Shown here one piece after another: positions 14,000-31,303 of a stretch of 64,000 nt of DNA; positions within the stretch are counted from its first letter, which is position 1, and each line of letters opens with the position of its first letter. The stretch comes from the human T2T-CHM13v2.0 reference genome, Homo sapiens. The position numbers were made by a program, and so were the translations under genes. The stretch lies in the NCBI RefSeq assembly GCF_009914755.1, contig NC_060941.1; one strand, given 5' to 3'. The notes under the pieces are model-generated. The model saw only the letters and a list, made by a program, of their open reading frames with translations, searched no databases and was not told where the DNA came from.

Positions 14000-14410
14000 G
14001 ACACAGATACACTCACACAGGCACACACCCACATGCACACACATGCAAATGTGCACCCAGACACACACATGCACCTGCATAAGCATGGGCACACACATGC
14101 AGATGTGCACCCAGACACACACATGCATGCGTAGGCACACACACGTGCACACACATGTAGATGGGCACCCACACACATGTGCGTGCGTAGGCACACACGT
14201 GCACATGCAAATGTGCACCCAGACACACATGCATACATATAGGCACACACACATGCACACATATGTAAATGTGGACCCACACACATGTGCATGCAGAGAC
14301 ACACACATGTACACACACGCGCAAATGTGCACCCAGACACACACATGCACATGCAGAGGCACACACACGTGCAAGTGCACACCTGCACAGACACATACAC
14401 ATATACACAC
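14000..14410. repeat. CA-rich degenerate minisatellite (~55-bp period)
   Basis: ATGTGCACCCAGACACAC-like anchors at 14049, 14103, 14161, 14211, 14269, 14325. Confidence 0.85.
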
Positions 14411-14586
14411 CTACCTTTCTCCTCTCCTCACCCCAGTTGTTCCATGCCTCAGTTGGACCTTGAATCAAAAATTCCAGCTCAGAGCAGATGCTGAGGATGC
14501 CTTAGAGGGCCACAGCACTGATCCAGGGTCAAGGGCTTGAGTTTCTGTTCTTTTGCTGTGATAACAATAATATTAAAACAATACAA

Positions 14587-15036
<450 letters not shown>

Positions 15037-15501
15037 CTTTTTCTCTGATCGTACCCATTTTCTAGAGGAGGAGCCTGAGGCTCAGAGAGGCCAAATGTCT
15101 TGCCCAGGATCGTGCAGCGGGCAAGACGTGAACCCGGCACTTCCAGAGTCTGCTCTTTGGGCTCTTGGGGGAAGCCCCTGTAGGAGGAAGGGAGCACAGC
15201 CAGCTCTCTGTCCCCTGGATGCTCAGACGTTTACTTGTCCAACATGTTTTGAACACTCACTTTGCCATTGGCTTTGGCCTGAGTAAACCAACCAAGGTAT
15301 GGGCAGAGAGACCCTGGCTTGCATCTAGAGGGTTTTGGGACAGACATTGTGATGTTCTGGCTATATGCCCCCACTTTCTGGTGTAGTAACAGGTTTGTGT
15401 TATGTTTGTGGTGTTTTTCCAGGGCATGCTGCCCAGGTGGGGAAGACAGCCAGTCCCAGGGACGGAGGGTGCTCCCATGATTCTTTGCTTTCTTGCGTTC
15501 G

Positions 15502-15503
15502 TT

Positions 15504-15575
<72 letters not shown>

Positions 15576-15619
15576 TTCTTTCTCTTCCTTCCTTCCTTCT
15601 TTCCTTCCTTTCTTTCTTT

Positions 15620-15683
<64 letters not shown>

Positions 15684-15697
15684 TCCTTCTTTCTTTC
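15502..15697. repeat. (TTTC)n/(CCTT)n compound microsatellite
   Basis: About 195-bp pure pyrimidine tract, expanded tail of the adjacent Alu monomer. Confidence 0.98.
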
Positions 15698-15824
<127 letters not shown>

Positions 15825-16029
15825 TGATCATTGAGAGTGGGTAACAGAGGGCAGGCTGGTGCTGTGCAGGCTGGGAAGCAGGGTTGCTCCCTGGAATCCC
15901 CATTGTTCGTGCCCCCCCAGAGCTTCTCTGGGGCCCTAGCGAGGTTGTCATCATCCTATTCTATGACGAAGAGACATAGCCTGTCCCGGTGTCCGTCTTC
16001 CCTAACAGACCAGTGTCTCCAGATTGTCT

Positions 16030-16400
16030 CTCTGTTTACCAGCCGGTCCATCCTTTCATTCATCACTTCGCCGGCACACACTTGTTCTGCACGTGCTGTG
16101 CACCTGGCTCTCACTAGTCAGACCTGGTCTCCACCTTCACAAATGTGGGGTTTGTGGGTAGGTGGCCTGGAGACATACACACACAGACACACACAGTCTC
16201 CTTCAGTGCAGAGTGAGAAGTGCTCTGATGGAGGAGGGAGCAAAGTGCTCTCGGAGTGTCAAGGATGGGCTGCTCCCTGTCTGGTGGGGATCAAGGAAGT
16301 CTTCTTGGAGAAGGTGACATTTGAAGAAAGAGTAGGAATTTCAGGTAGTCAAATAGGAAGAGGCAGCCTGGGAGGAGACACCTTGATGTGTGAGAGTCCA
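16030..16400 (-). mobile_element. L2 fragment
   Basis: ttcattcat start and atcaaggaagtcttcttggagaaggtgacatttga, typical reverse L2 3' region. Confidence 0.65.
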
Positions 16401-16694
16401 TCCTTACCCAACAGGCTGGAAGCTCCCTGGGTCAGGGAGGAGGGTGTGTCTCTCCCATCAGACTAAGATTTGAAAGGCAGAAGCTGAGCCCCTGTGCACA
16501 CCCTCCTCCCAAGACTGGGGATTCCTTGAGGGTGAGTTGATATCTCCTATTTCTCTCATCGTTTGTTCCAAATTGCAAGGCATTTGTTTCTTTGCATGTC
16601 CTGTTAGTTCTATGATAGCAGGGAACCTGCTTTATACATTGTGTCTCCCTAGTGTCTGTCACGGGACTTGTTCTATACAAAGGAGTAAATATTA

Positions 16695-16990
16695 GGCCGG
16701 GCGCGGTGGCTCACGCCTGTAATCCCAGCACTTTGGGAGGCTGAGGTGGGAGGATCACGAGGTCAGGAGATCGAGACCATTCTGGCTAACAAGGTGAAAC
16801 CCCGTCTCTACTAAAAATACAAAAAATTAGCCGGGCGTGGTGGCGGGCACCTGTAGTCCCAGCTACTCAGGAGGCTGAGGCAAGAGAATGGCGTGAACCG
16901 GGGAAGCGGAGCTTGCAGTGAGCCGAGATCATGCCACTGCACTCCAGCCTGGGCAACAGAGCGAGACTCTGTCTCAAAAAAAAAAAAAAA
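16695..16990 (+). mobile_element. AluY
   Basis: Y diagnostics GAATGGCGTGAACC and GCGGAGCTTGCAGTGAGCCGAGAT; TSD acaaaggagt(a/c)aatatt. Confidence 0.96.
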
Positions 16991-17004
16991 CCAACAAAGG
17001 AGTC

Positions 17005-17240
17005 AATATTTATTGAGTACTTGCTGCGTGCCTGGAATTGTGCTAAAGGCTTCGCATGTTATTAACTCTTTCAGTGCTTACAACAGCCCTTTGAGTCAGG
17101 AACCGCCACTGCCCCCATTGTACAGATGGAGAAACTGAGTCTGGGAGGTTAATTAGTTTGTCTGAGGTCACATAATTAGCAGTTGGCAGAGTCAGGACCC
17201 AGTCGTAGGTGGTTTGGCTTTGAAGCCCATGGTCTCACCC
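17005..17240 (-). mobile_element. MIR SINE
   Basis: atttattgagtac...cccattgtacagatggagaaactgag...gaggtcacataattag. Confidence 0.82.
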
Positions 17241-19590
17241 CTGAACTCTCATACACGGGCCTTGATTACCTGTGAGTTGGGTGGGCTCAGCTTCCCCACA
17301 TGACTTGGAGGGGCAGCACCTCATGGCCAGCTCCAACAGCCTGGGCGCCGCTAGCTTTGGAGAAACTCCTCGGAGCTTTCAAGGCAGTAAAGAGTGAGTG
17401 TGGAGTGTGGTGAGGAGTGAGGCCACTGACAAGTACCCGGGGTCCCCAAGGGAGAGATGGGGGTGGGAGAAGCACACAGGTCTAGAGGGTTTAGCTAGAG
17501 TTGGGAAAGGACTGAGGAAGTGGGGCCACAGAAGTTGACAGAGGCAGGTGGGCAGGGGCAGTCATTGCCTAGAACCAGGTCTCCCCCTTCCCTTCCCCAC
17601 CTCTGTCCCTGTCCGGTCATGGTCAACACTTGAACCCAGTCCTTCACTTCCAGCCCCACAGCCCTGCCCTCAGCTGGCCTTCAGCCCCCTCACCCGGCCT
17701 CCCACCTTCCTCCTCTGGCCACCAGTTAGCTTCCTACAGCAGATTCGATTGCTTTATTCCTGTGCTCCAAGACCTTCCATGGCTCTGCGTGACCCCCGCC
17801 AGGCAGCAGCCCAGATCTCAAGGCTGCTCTCCAGCCCCGATGTGATCTGATCCCAGCCGTCCTTTCTGGCCTTGCCTCTCAAGTCTGTTCCTGGTGTCTT
17901 TTCTCATCTGCGTGTGCCCTCTCCATGAATCCCTCACTCAACCCCCAGTCGAATGCCTACTGTGTGTGTGTGTGACTCAGCTCAAGTCTTTCCCAGCCTG
18001 GAGCACTTTCCCTGACCACTCCTTCCAGAGGCGTGTCTGTTATGTGCAGTTCAGAGTTCCAAGTTGTCAAATTATTTCAAGTTCTTTCCTCAACTCGACT
18101 GTAAGCTCCCGGAGGAGGAGATCGTGGATGGCAGCGATAAGTGTGTGTCTGTGCCTGCTAATAACAACCACCTATTCAGTACCAAAACAATTCACATCCA
18201 AGGATTCCCAGCCTTTGTGCTGCGTCTCCCTCCAAGGAAGTTTCTGTGTGTTTGGTCTGCTGTGGGCCCCAGTTGCTGGGGAGGGAGGAAAATTGAAAGA
18301 AGCCCCCAAATCTCAGATTAGTTTCCATCAGGCAAAGCAGAGTATTTCTCCCAGGTGAAAAGGATAGAAGTGGATAAAGGCAGAAGGGAGCGCGGGGAGA
18401 ACCAGGCCGCTGTTGGGGCTGAGGCTGGTGAAGGTTGTGGGGAGACTGAGACACCGTGGCCATGCTGCCAGAGGGAGCAGGAGATGGAAAAATAGGACTC
18501 TAAGAAGTTGGGATTTGTTTTAGGAATGTAAATGCCCATTTACAGATGCTTTGGTCAGAACTGGAGCTGCATTTCAGTGTCCTGTGGTGATGGACTGATG
18601 TCTTCTCTGAATGCAGCACCATATAGAGACTGGCCACAGGGTGACCCAGAACTACACAGGTTATGCTGTCACTTGAGCATAACCAATGCCTGCCAGGGGA
18701 GGCCAATGCCTGCCCTGGGCCAGGAGCTACATTTACACATAGCAACCTGAACTGGATGCCACCTGAACTGATGAGAAAACTAAGCTTCAGAGAATTTAGG
18801 AACACCGAAGGGAGAGAATGAGGAGGAGGAAGAGAGGGAAAAAGGTAGATCTGGCCCTGACTCAGAACTGTAACTCTTGACCTCTAATCTGAGAGCTACA
18901 TCTTAGCGTGGGGCCACCATGGCCATTGAGTGCCCTGCTGTGGGAGACGTAGTAGGCTCATTGGGCTAGAAAATGAGTATATCAGCTTAGCTATGTCCTT
19001 GGGGTCAGAGGTGACCCAGGCCAAGGTCTCTGTAGCTATTAGGAGCCAGATGACAGTTTGATTCGTTAGCCTGGGGAAGCCCTCTTGTGAAGCCTGAGAT
19101 GGGAGGGAATGGGAGGGTCTGGGAGACGTGCAGCAGGGTGGGCCGGGGCCATTGGATTGCTGACCATGAGGACTTGTCACCATGGATGACCTCCATTGCT
19201 GTACCAGTGAGCCTCCTCCCGTTGGCATGGGTAGCCTTATTGGGAAGTGGGCACCTTTATTAACTAAGAATCACTTCATTTAGTGAGTGAGGGGTGGGGC
19301 TTGGCTCAGCATAATACGGTGGGAAGCAGCCCAGGCTTTCAGGTCAGGAAACCTGGGTTCTAGGCCCCATTTGGCTGCAGGGGAGTCCCTGAACGTCACT
19401 GTGTGCCTCAGTTTCTCCTTCATAAGTTGTGGATGCAAATGCCCATTCTGCTCCTCTCAGAGGATGCTGCAGACATGACAGTGATTTGAAGGGTCAAGTT
19501 CACTGTTCAAATGCAAGCTGGAGGTGAGAATGGGGTCAGTAGCTCTTTAGCGAGATGAAGCCTCTGAGGACGGGCCAGTCACAGGCTCAC

Positions 19591-20023
19591 TGATATAGTT
19601 TGGATATTTGTCCCTGCTGAAATCTCATGTTGAAGTGCAATCCCCAGTATTGAAGATAGGGCCCTGGTAGAAGGTGTTTGGATTATGGGGGCGGATACCT
19701 AATGAATGGCTTGGGCCATCCCCTTGGTGATAAGCAAGCTCTGGATCAGTTAGTCCACGTGCGGTCTGGTCATTTAAAAGTGTGTGGCACCTCCCCCACC
19801 CCATTCTCTGGCTCGCTCCTGCTTTCACATGTGACGTGCCTGCTCCCCCTTCACCTTCTGCCATGATTGTAAGTGTCCTGAGGCCTCCCTAGAAGCTGAG
19901 CAGGTGCCAGCACCATGCTTCCTATACAGCCTGCAGAACTCTGAGCCAATTACACATCTTTTCTTTATAAATTACCCCATCTCAGGTATTTTTTTTATAG
20001 CAAATCGAGAATGGCTTAATATG
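19591..20023 (+). mobile_element. MST (MSTA/MSTB-like) MaLR solo LTR
   Basis: Starts TGATATAGTTTGGATATTTGTCCC; ends cttttctttataaattaccc...ctcaggtatt...ttatagcaa; 5-bp TSD ctcac / ctcat. Confidence 0.92.
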
Positions 20024-20540
20024 CTCATGCTTGGTGTGGGCAGCCCCATCAGGGTAGATGTCATTAGTGAGATCCCCATAGCCGAAGGAAGGGGCTCAGG
20101 CAGGGCTGGAATCTGTAGAAGGATGGAGCCAGGAGACAGGATCCTAGCAGACAGGGACTGTCATGCCTGCTTTCCAGGACCCCTTGGGAAAAAGAATATT
20201 TTGCATCCCTATCTCCCGTCAATTGCCTGGGGGCCCCACAAAGAATAGTAACAGAAATAATAACAAAAGCTCACATGTATTGAGGGTTTACCACATGTCA
20301 ATCTCTATTCTAAGCACTTTACCTGCATTGACTCATTTCTGCCTCACGGTAACTCCATGTAAAGGTACTATTTTTATCCCCACTTTACTGATCAGAAACC
20401 CAAGGAGTTAAGTGACCTTTCTTAAGCAGTTAAGTGACTTGTAAGTGGCAGAGTCATGACTCAGTCCCCGATGGTCCAGGGCTTGTGCTGTGTTATGCTT
20501 TCAGGAAGTAATCCTGAATCCTTTATGCTTCAGAGGGTGA

Positions 20541-21041
<501 letters not shown>

Positions 21042-21563
21042 TGAAGCTTCACCATAACCTTATGAGACAGGCATTATTTCCTCCATTTTACAGCCAGGGA
21101 AGTTGAGGCACAGAGGGGTTAAACAAATTACCTAAGGCCACGGTGAAACAGGCTGAAACGGAACCCAGCCTGTCTGATTCAGAGCTCAGGCTCTCCTCCT
21201 CCTTCCTCAGAGTGTGAGCCACAAAGCCTCAATTCCTGGGGTGATAATAAGTATGAAAAAGGAGGTTTCTGTGATCAACTCTGCTTAGGGAAGGCTGTTT
21301 GCAACAAAGTTAAACAGACTATTTGCTGCAGAACTTATCAGAGCCTTTATTATACTTTTGCACACTGGGTAGTCCCAAGAGCAGAGCAGAGTTAGTATGA
21401 ACAAAATCTTTGCTGTGAACAAGTTAGTTGAGGAGAAAGAATCTTGGGGGAGAAGTGTTCCTTGGAGCTCACTTTGGGAAATGTACTTCATCCTGCTGCT
21501 TTTCTGACAACAACAATCATGAAGACAGCAGCAATGTTACTAACATCATAAATGGGATCATCC

Positions 21564-22167
<604 letters not shown>

Positions 22168-22684
22168 GGGATCATCACCATCATTATCATTATAAGCTTT
22201 GCCTCAATTGCAATGTTACTTTCTGCCTATGTTATTTGGGAATTTTTTCAGGACATTGCCCTCCTCATTCTCCCCCGATGTTAAGTGCCCTGATTCCTTT
22301 CTTGTGCTCAGGGCAGTTTAAGCCTTTAGGTTTCACGTTCCTTGTGCCTGGATCACCTCTGTTCTCTGCTCCAACCTTTTGCCTGGGCTGTCCTTCTCAG
22401 GTTGTCCTCCCTTTCTCCCCTTCCCAGCCTTGTTCTTGGAGGAAAGTGAGAGAGGATTGGAGGGGAAGCGATTTGGCCAGGGGCATGTGGTATGCCCTGC
22501 CCCAGCCTCTCCTGCCTCCTTTCCCACAGGGCTTGGCTCTATAGACCTCCCTTCTGAGAAACCCTCTCTGATGGCCTCATCCCAGGGCAACCACTTAGCT
22601 ACTCGGGGCCTCTCTTGGTCTTTTGATACCTAGTCTATATTATATACTGTGCAAAGGGTTGGGTTTTTTTTTTGGTGTACTATA

Positions 22685-24175
<1,491 letters not shown>

Positions 24176-24684
24176 TGCAGCTCCAGGGAGAATCTGGGAC
24201 TCTGGTGCAGGGCGCCGTGGAGGCAGGAGTATGGCCCTGTGGGGTGGTCATAGCCCACAGCCCTGGAGCATCAGAGAAGAGCAGCCTGCCCCCTGCAGAT
24301 CCTCCTCATCCTGCAGGCCAGTGTCACCGGAATGGAGGGTGTGGAGCAGGCCTGGCAGGACATGGCTGGGCATGGGGGTGGTGGTGACGCCTCTTCAGCT
24401 GGGGCAGGACTGAGGCAGAGTGACCTGCCCACCACCCATGCCAAGTGCTCAGGAAATCCTGGGGCAAGGCCTGGAGATTCCCACTGGTGGGGTCTGGTGG
24501 GGAATATTGGGGGCATCCCCAGTCTGGTGCCTCAGCCAGCCCCTCACTTCTTGGTGGGGTTCTGCAGGAGCACGGACGTCACCTGCCCTTTTGCTGGCCT
24601 TGACCATCCCTGCCCTGACCTCCAGGCTCCCTGGGGCCAGTCCAGACATCTGTATCCATCTTGCCCCAAACTCTGGAGATTCTG

Positions 24685-25060
24685 ACAAATTTCCTTTCAT
24701 TGCTTCCAGCCGTGTTATTTAAAGTAATTAACCTTAATTTATAAATTTTTATATCAAACTGCCTTTTAACTTTTAGAACTGGCAGGAACAGCCTTATCCC
24801 TGGGCTCCTAATAGTTCTCCATTTAATCAAAATTCATCCATCAGGTTCCAGTGTTAAATCATCTTTTAATTGGGAGTTACATTCTGGTTAATAGTTTTAT
24901 AATTCGCCTCCTCTAATAGTTTTTACCACAGGGATCTCGACTCCATTTTTCCTGACTCTATTATTGCTGGCATGCGATTCTGCGGGGATGGCTTAACGCG
25001 GCCCTGCCTCTCTGGCCTCTGCTGGTCGCCTCTTTTGTTCTTGGTGGTCTCATTAATTCC
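24685..25060. promoter_or_regulatory. Candidate enhancer / conserved non-coding-like block
   Basis: Abrupt AT-rich, TE-free block in GC-rich surroundings with many TAAT/TAATTA cores. Confidence 0.55.
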
Positions 25061-25634
25061 TGAGAAGAGTTATCCTTCCTCCTCATTACTAGGGCAGAGC
25101 TGCTGTCCTCTTGAGGGGCAGCCTTCTGATTTCTGCAGCCTTAGGAGCTCTGGCCAGGAGATCTCCAAGAGAAAGCTGGAGCCAAAGAAAGGGACAGATG
25201 GAGACAGAGACAGAAAGACAGAGAGAAACAGAGAGAGAGGGAATATGGAGAGGAAGGAGCACGTGGGAAGCCGGCAGGCCAGGACCCTAGAGAGAGACAG
25301 AGGCGTCTGGGAGTGGACTGGCTCCTCTCCCGGCTCCTGCCACTGCCCCTCAGCTCCTGACTTCCTGGGAGTGGGGGGCCTTGGGTGAGGCAGGTGATAT
25401 AGGAGGAAGGTGGCCCTACCTGAGACCCCAGGGTGGCCTGGAGGAGTGGCTGGGGCTGGAGGACAAGCAGAGTGGGCCTGGAAAGTCCTTGGAGGTCAGC
25501 AGGCAGGGAGGTCCCAGTCCACTCCCTGGTCACTCTGAGTTGCTCCTGTGCATGTTACAGCATCAGGATCATCACAGATGAGCCGGGGAGCCTCCTGGCG
25601 GCCAAGAGGATGAGGGTGTGAGATCCCAAGATCA

Positions 25635-26087
<453 letters not shown>

Positions 26088-26541
26088 TCACCTTGTCAGG
26101 GAGTCCTGGCCTGTGAGGAGATGGGCCTGTGTGGGTACATGCATATACACGTGTGCATACATGGGCACTCACACAAACCCACACATGCGCACAGGCCTGA
26201 AACCAGTCCTAGGAACAGCTAGTGCAGGGGTGTTGCTGGGCTGGGACATGGCCTGGAGCCTGGGGGTGGGGGTCTCTGAGAAGGTCTCCAGGAGATGTGA
26301 GCTGCGAGGGGTCAGGGAAGGGCCAGGGAAGGATGGAAGCTGGGCTGAGGCCACTGAAGTGAGCTTCCCTGGGGATGGAGGGCCTGGGTGGCTGGCGTAC
26401 CTTGAAGTCATGTCTTGCTGAATCTGTAGTCTCCACCTCTGATTGGTGACTTTGCAAGACAGTAGGTCTCAGCCCTGGCTGCACGCTGGAGTCACCTGTG
26501 GGTGTTTAAAAATCCCAGTGCCCTGGCCTCACCTCACATGC

Positions 26542-26991
26542 TGTGATGGTTTTAAAGTAGATCCACAAATCCTTTGAGCCTCCTCCCTTCTGAAGATGGA
26601 GTCTAATTCTCTTCCCCTAGAGTGTGGGCTCCTTCTAAAACACAAACACAGCGGAAGTGGTGTGATTTAGGAGGTTAGGGCAGGGAAGGTACTGAGGCTT
26701 CCTCTCTGCACTGCTTTGGATCTCTTGCTCAGAAGGCAGCCAACTGACGGGTCATGAAAACACTCAAGCAGCCCTGTGCAGAGGCCCATGTGGCCAGGAA
26801 ATGAAGCCTTTTGCTGGTGGCATTGAGTCATCTTGAAGCAGGTGCTCCAGCCTGGGCTGACGTCTGAACTCCAACCTCAGGAGAGATCCTGAGTCAGGAC
26901 CACCTGGCTCAGCTGCTCCTGGATTTCTGACCTCAGAAACCACGTAAGCTCCTAAATGACCATCAACCAATAAGTGGATAAAGAAAATGTG

Positions 26992-27037
<46 letters not shown>

Positions 27038-27498
27038 CATGGAATACTACTCAGCCATAAAAAGGAAAGAAATAATGGCATTCGCAGCAACTTGGATGGA
27101 ATTGGAGACCACTCTTCTAAGTGAAGTAACTCAGGAGTGGAAAACCCAAACATCGTATGTCCTCACTTATAAGTGGGAGCTAAGCTATGAGGACACAAAG
27201 GCATAAGAATGAAACAGTGGACTCTGGGGACTCAGGGAAAGGGCGGGAGTGATGAGGGATAGAAGACTACACACTGGGTGCGGTGTACACTGCTCGGGGT
27301 ATGGATCCACCGAAATCTCCGAAATCACCACTAAAGAAATTATCCATGGAACCAAACACCACCTGTTCTGCCAAAACTATTGAAATAATTTAAAAAACAA
27401 AAGAAAAAAAAGAAACCGTGTGAGCTAATGTTTGTTGTTCTTTTAAGGTGCTAAATTTTGGGGGGTTATTTGGTATGCAGCAATAGGTAACTGACCCA
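26542..27498 (+). mobile_element. MLT1 (F/G-like) MaLR LTR, interrupted by L1
   Basis: Starts TGTGATGGTTTTAAA...CCACAAATCCTTTG; ends tatgcagcaataggtaactgaccca; TSD catgc / cattc. Confidence 0.8.
26951..27410 (+). mobile_element. L1PB-like 3' end (5'-truncated L1)
   Basis: End of ORF2 (ggaatactactcagccataaaaagg...), 3' UTR and A tail; TSD agaaaccacgtaagct / agaaaccgtgtgagct; internal (TA)n(CA)n. Confidence 0.9.
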
Positions 27499-29787
27499 CA
27501 TTCATTCCATCAGCATCCCAGGGGGTGGGGCTGGACACAGGTGTGTTTTAAAGCTCCACAGTAGTCTAGTGTGCACCCAGGTTGAGAACTGCTGCCCTAA
27601 TGCCTGTGTGTGCATGACAGTGTGTGCCTGTGTACAGGCCACATGCGTGTGTATTGATGGAGGCGCCGTGTTCCACTTTTGTGTAACATTTGCCAGGGCA
27701 CATTTGCCAGGGCACATAAGTACAAGCCCCGCCCACCTTGTGTGTTCCTCTCGGAGTGCATCAGTCCCTCTGTCCCAGGTACTTGTGTCAGGGTGTGGCT
27801 CAAGAAGGACTGGGGCATGGAAGGAGCCTTGGAGGTTTTGTGGCCAGAGTCACATGGGCTGTTCACCACTTCCTCTCTGTGTGCCCTCTCTGAGCCATAA
27901 AGCTCCCATATGGGGACCTGCAGATCAGCACTCTTCCCGAGACTTCAAGGAGGCAGTATTGGAGCTGGTGGATGCCTCCTGGGCTGGTTTTGGCAAAGTT
28001 TTGGTAGCCCTGTCACTTTTGTTATAATGGCTCTTGGCGTAATGCAATTTGACCTGCAGCTGTGCATACAGGAGAGCAATCAAATGTGTGGTTTCCTCTG
28101 CAGGACCTGACCTGAAGGAGGGTCTGCACTGGGTGGAGGGCAATTTTAGTCATGGCTGTATTAGGGTTTACGATTTAAGGCCAGTTGTCTTGGCCTCTGA
28201 AATGCCAGCTGGCTCAGATTGGCAGGATGAGGAGCTGGTCTTCCACACTGGAGAGTAAAGATGTTGATTCTGAAGCAGGAAGCACAAGAACTTTCTACTT
28301 TCGCTGAGGCAGGCTGGTGGCTCCAGCTGAGCCCAGACTCCTCCCAGCTGTGTGTCCTGGGCTGAGCCTCTTATTTTTGCTAGGCCTCAGCTTTCTCATC
28401 TATAAAGTGGAGGAGCAAATGATCTACCACCTCTTGCATGTGACATACTGTGTCTCCCCACCACAGCCCCTGTCAGGCTGCTGGGTAGCCTAGGAGAGGG
28501 ACCCTCTGACCCTCAAACACAGCCCAATCCTCAAGGCTGTGCCTTCCGTTCCATTGGAACCAACTTCACCCTCAGTTACCCCCACTGAGGCCTCCGGGGA
28601 AGGTGGGAAGAAAAGAAAGGGTCACCACACACCTGCCTTTGCCCTCCCTAGCAGGGAGAAATCAGGGAGGATGTAGGGTGGAGGAGGAGCTTGATGCCCA
28701 AAGATGCTTGGGTTTGGAGTTTCTTGGTGGGTGAAATACAATGGGAAGAGAAGGAGAAGGAGGTAGAGGAGGAGGAGGAGGAGGGAGAGGAGAAGGCAGA
28801 GAGCAGCATTGGTTGCGATCCTGCCATGTGCTCCAGGAGCACTCTGCTCAGACCTTCCAGCCCATTGTGACGTCTGAGTTTCATGACAATAAGGATGATT
28901 GGTGCCATTTTACAGAGCAGGAAACTGAGGCTCAGGAAGGTGAAGGAATCTCCTTGCTCAGTGTCACATGGGCTAAGGAATGCAGATGGAACCAGGGTGG
29001 GAGCTCCGGCCCAGTGACTACAAAGCCTGGGCATTACTGTGGGGACTCGAGGGCAGGGAGAGGTCCAGTCCTTGCACCAGGCACCTTCTCCCAGTGGGGC
29101 CACTGGCCCCATTTCTTAGAGGCTGTACTAGGTTAGGGGTGGATGACAAGAATGATGGTGGAAGTGAGAGGTGCCCAGGACTGCCCCTGAAGCGAAAGGA
29201 TTTAGGTTAGACTGTGGGAAGCATGCGGGTTCTGAAAGCCCAGGGTGGCAGGACACAGGGAGCCCGTGCTGCCTTCTTCCCTGGGACACTCAGGAGCTGG
29301 TCAGGAGCTGAGGCTCCCTTCACACCTGGTAGGCCTGAGCCTGAGAAGAGTTGAGGGTTGGCCCTTCAGCGAGGCAGGGGGATTGGCAGGTTGACCAATG
29401 CAGGGAACCACCAGCCTGTGTTTGGATGGACAGACTACCTCTGATTCTGCTGGTGCAGTTAGAGATCAAGTTCACAGGCTTCAGATATCAGAGCTTATAG
29501 TTCAGGCCCCGTCACTTGTGAACAGAGTGACTTTGGACAAGCCCCTTAACGCCCTGTGCCTCAGTTTCCTTATCTGTAAAATGAGGGTGAGGAAAAAGCT
29601 GTTTCATAGCCAGTGAGCATGCTAAATGAGATAAGCGCTTTATAGTATTTAGCCAAGCCCCGGGCATAGGGACTCACACAGTAAGTGGTGACTGCTATCA
29701 TGAACTGTCTGGGAAGGCAGGAGGGGGCAGCTTGCTCCAGAGCCTGGAGTCCCAACCGGGTGGCACTGGGTGGTCTGGCATTAGTTT

Positions 29788-30644
<857 letters not shown>

Positions 30645-30699
30645 TTTCTGACTCACCCTTTCTGGGAGACCTTGAAAAAAATTCACCAAACCTCTCTAG

Positions 30700-31303
<604 letters not shown>

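Larger units (their letters stand above)
26460..27596. mobile_element. MER5-like hAT fossil split by later insertions
   Basis: Left part ggtctcagccctggctgcacgctggagtcacctg (26460-26540), right part ...ggttgagaactgctg (27500-27596). Confidence 0.65.

Noticed and set aside
26951-27410. Active or intact L1
   Set aside because: Only ~460 bp of 3' end, diverged and disrupted by a microsatellite.
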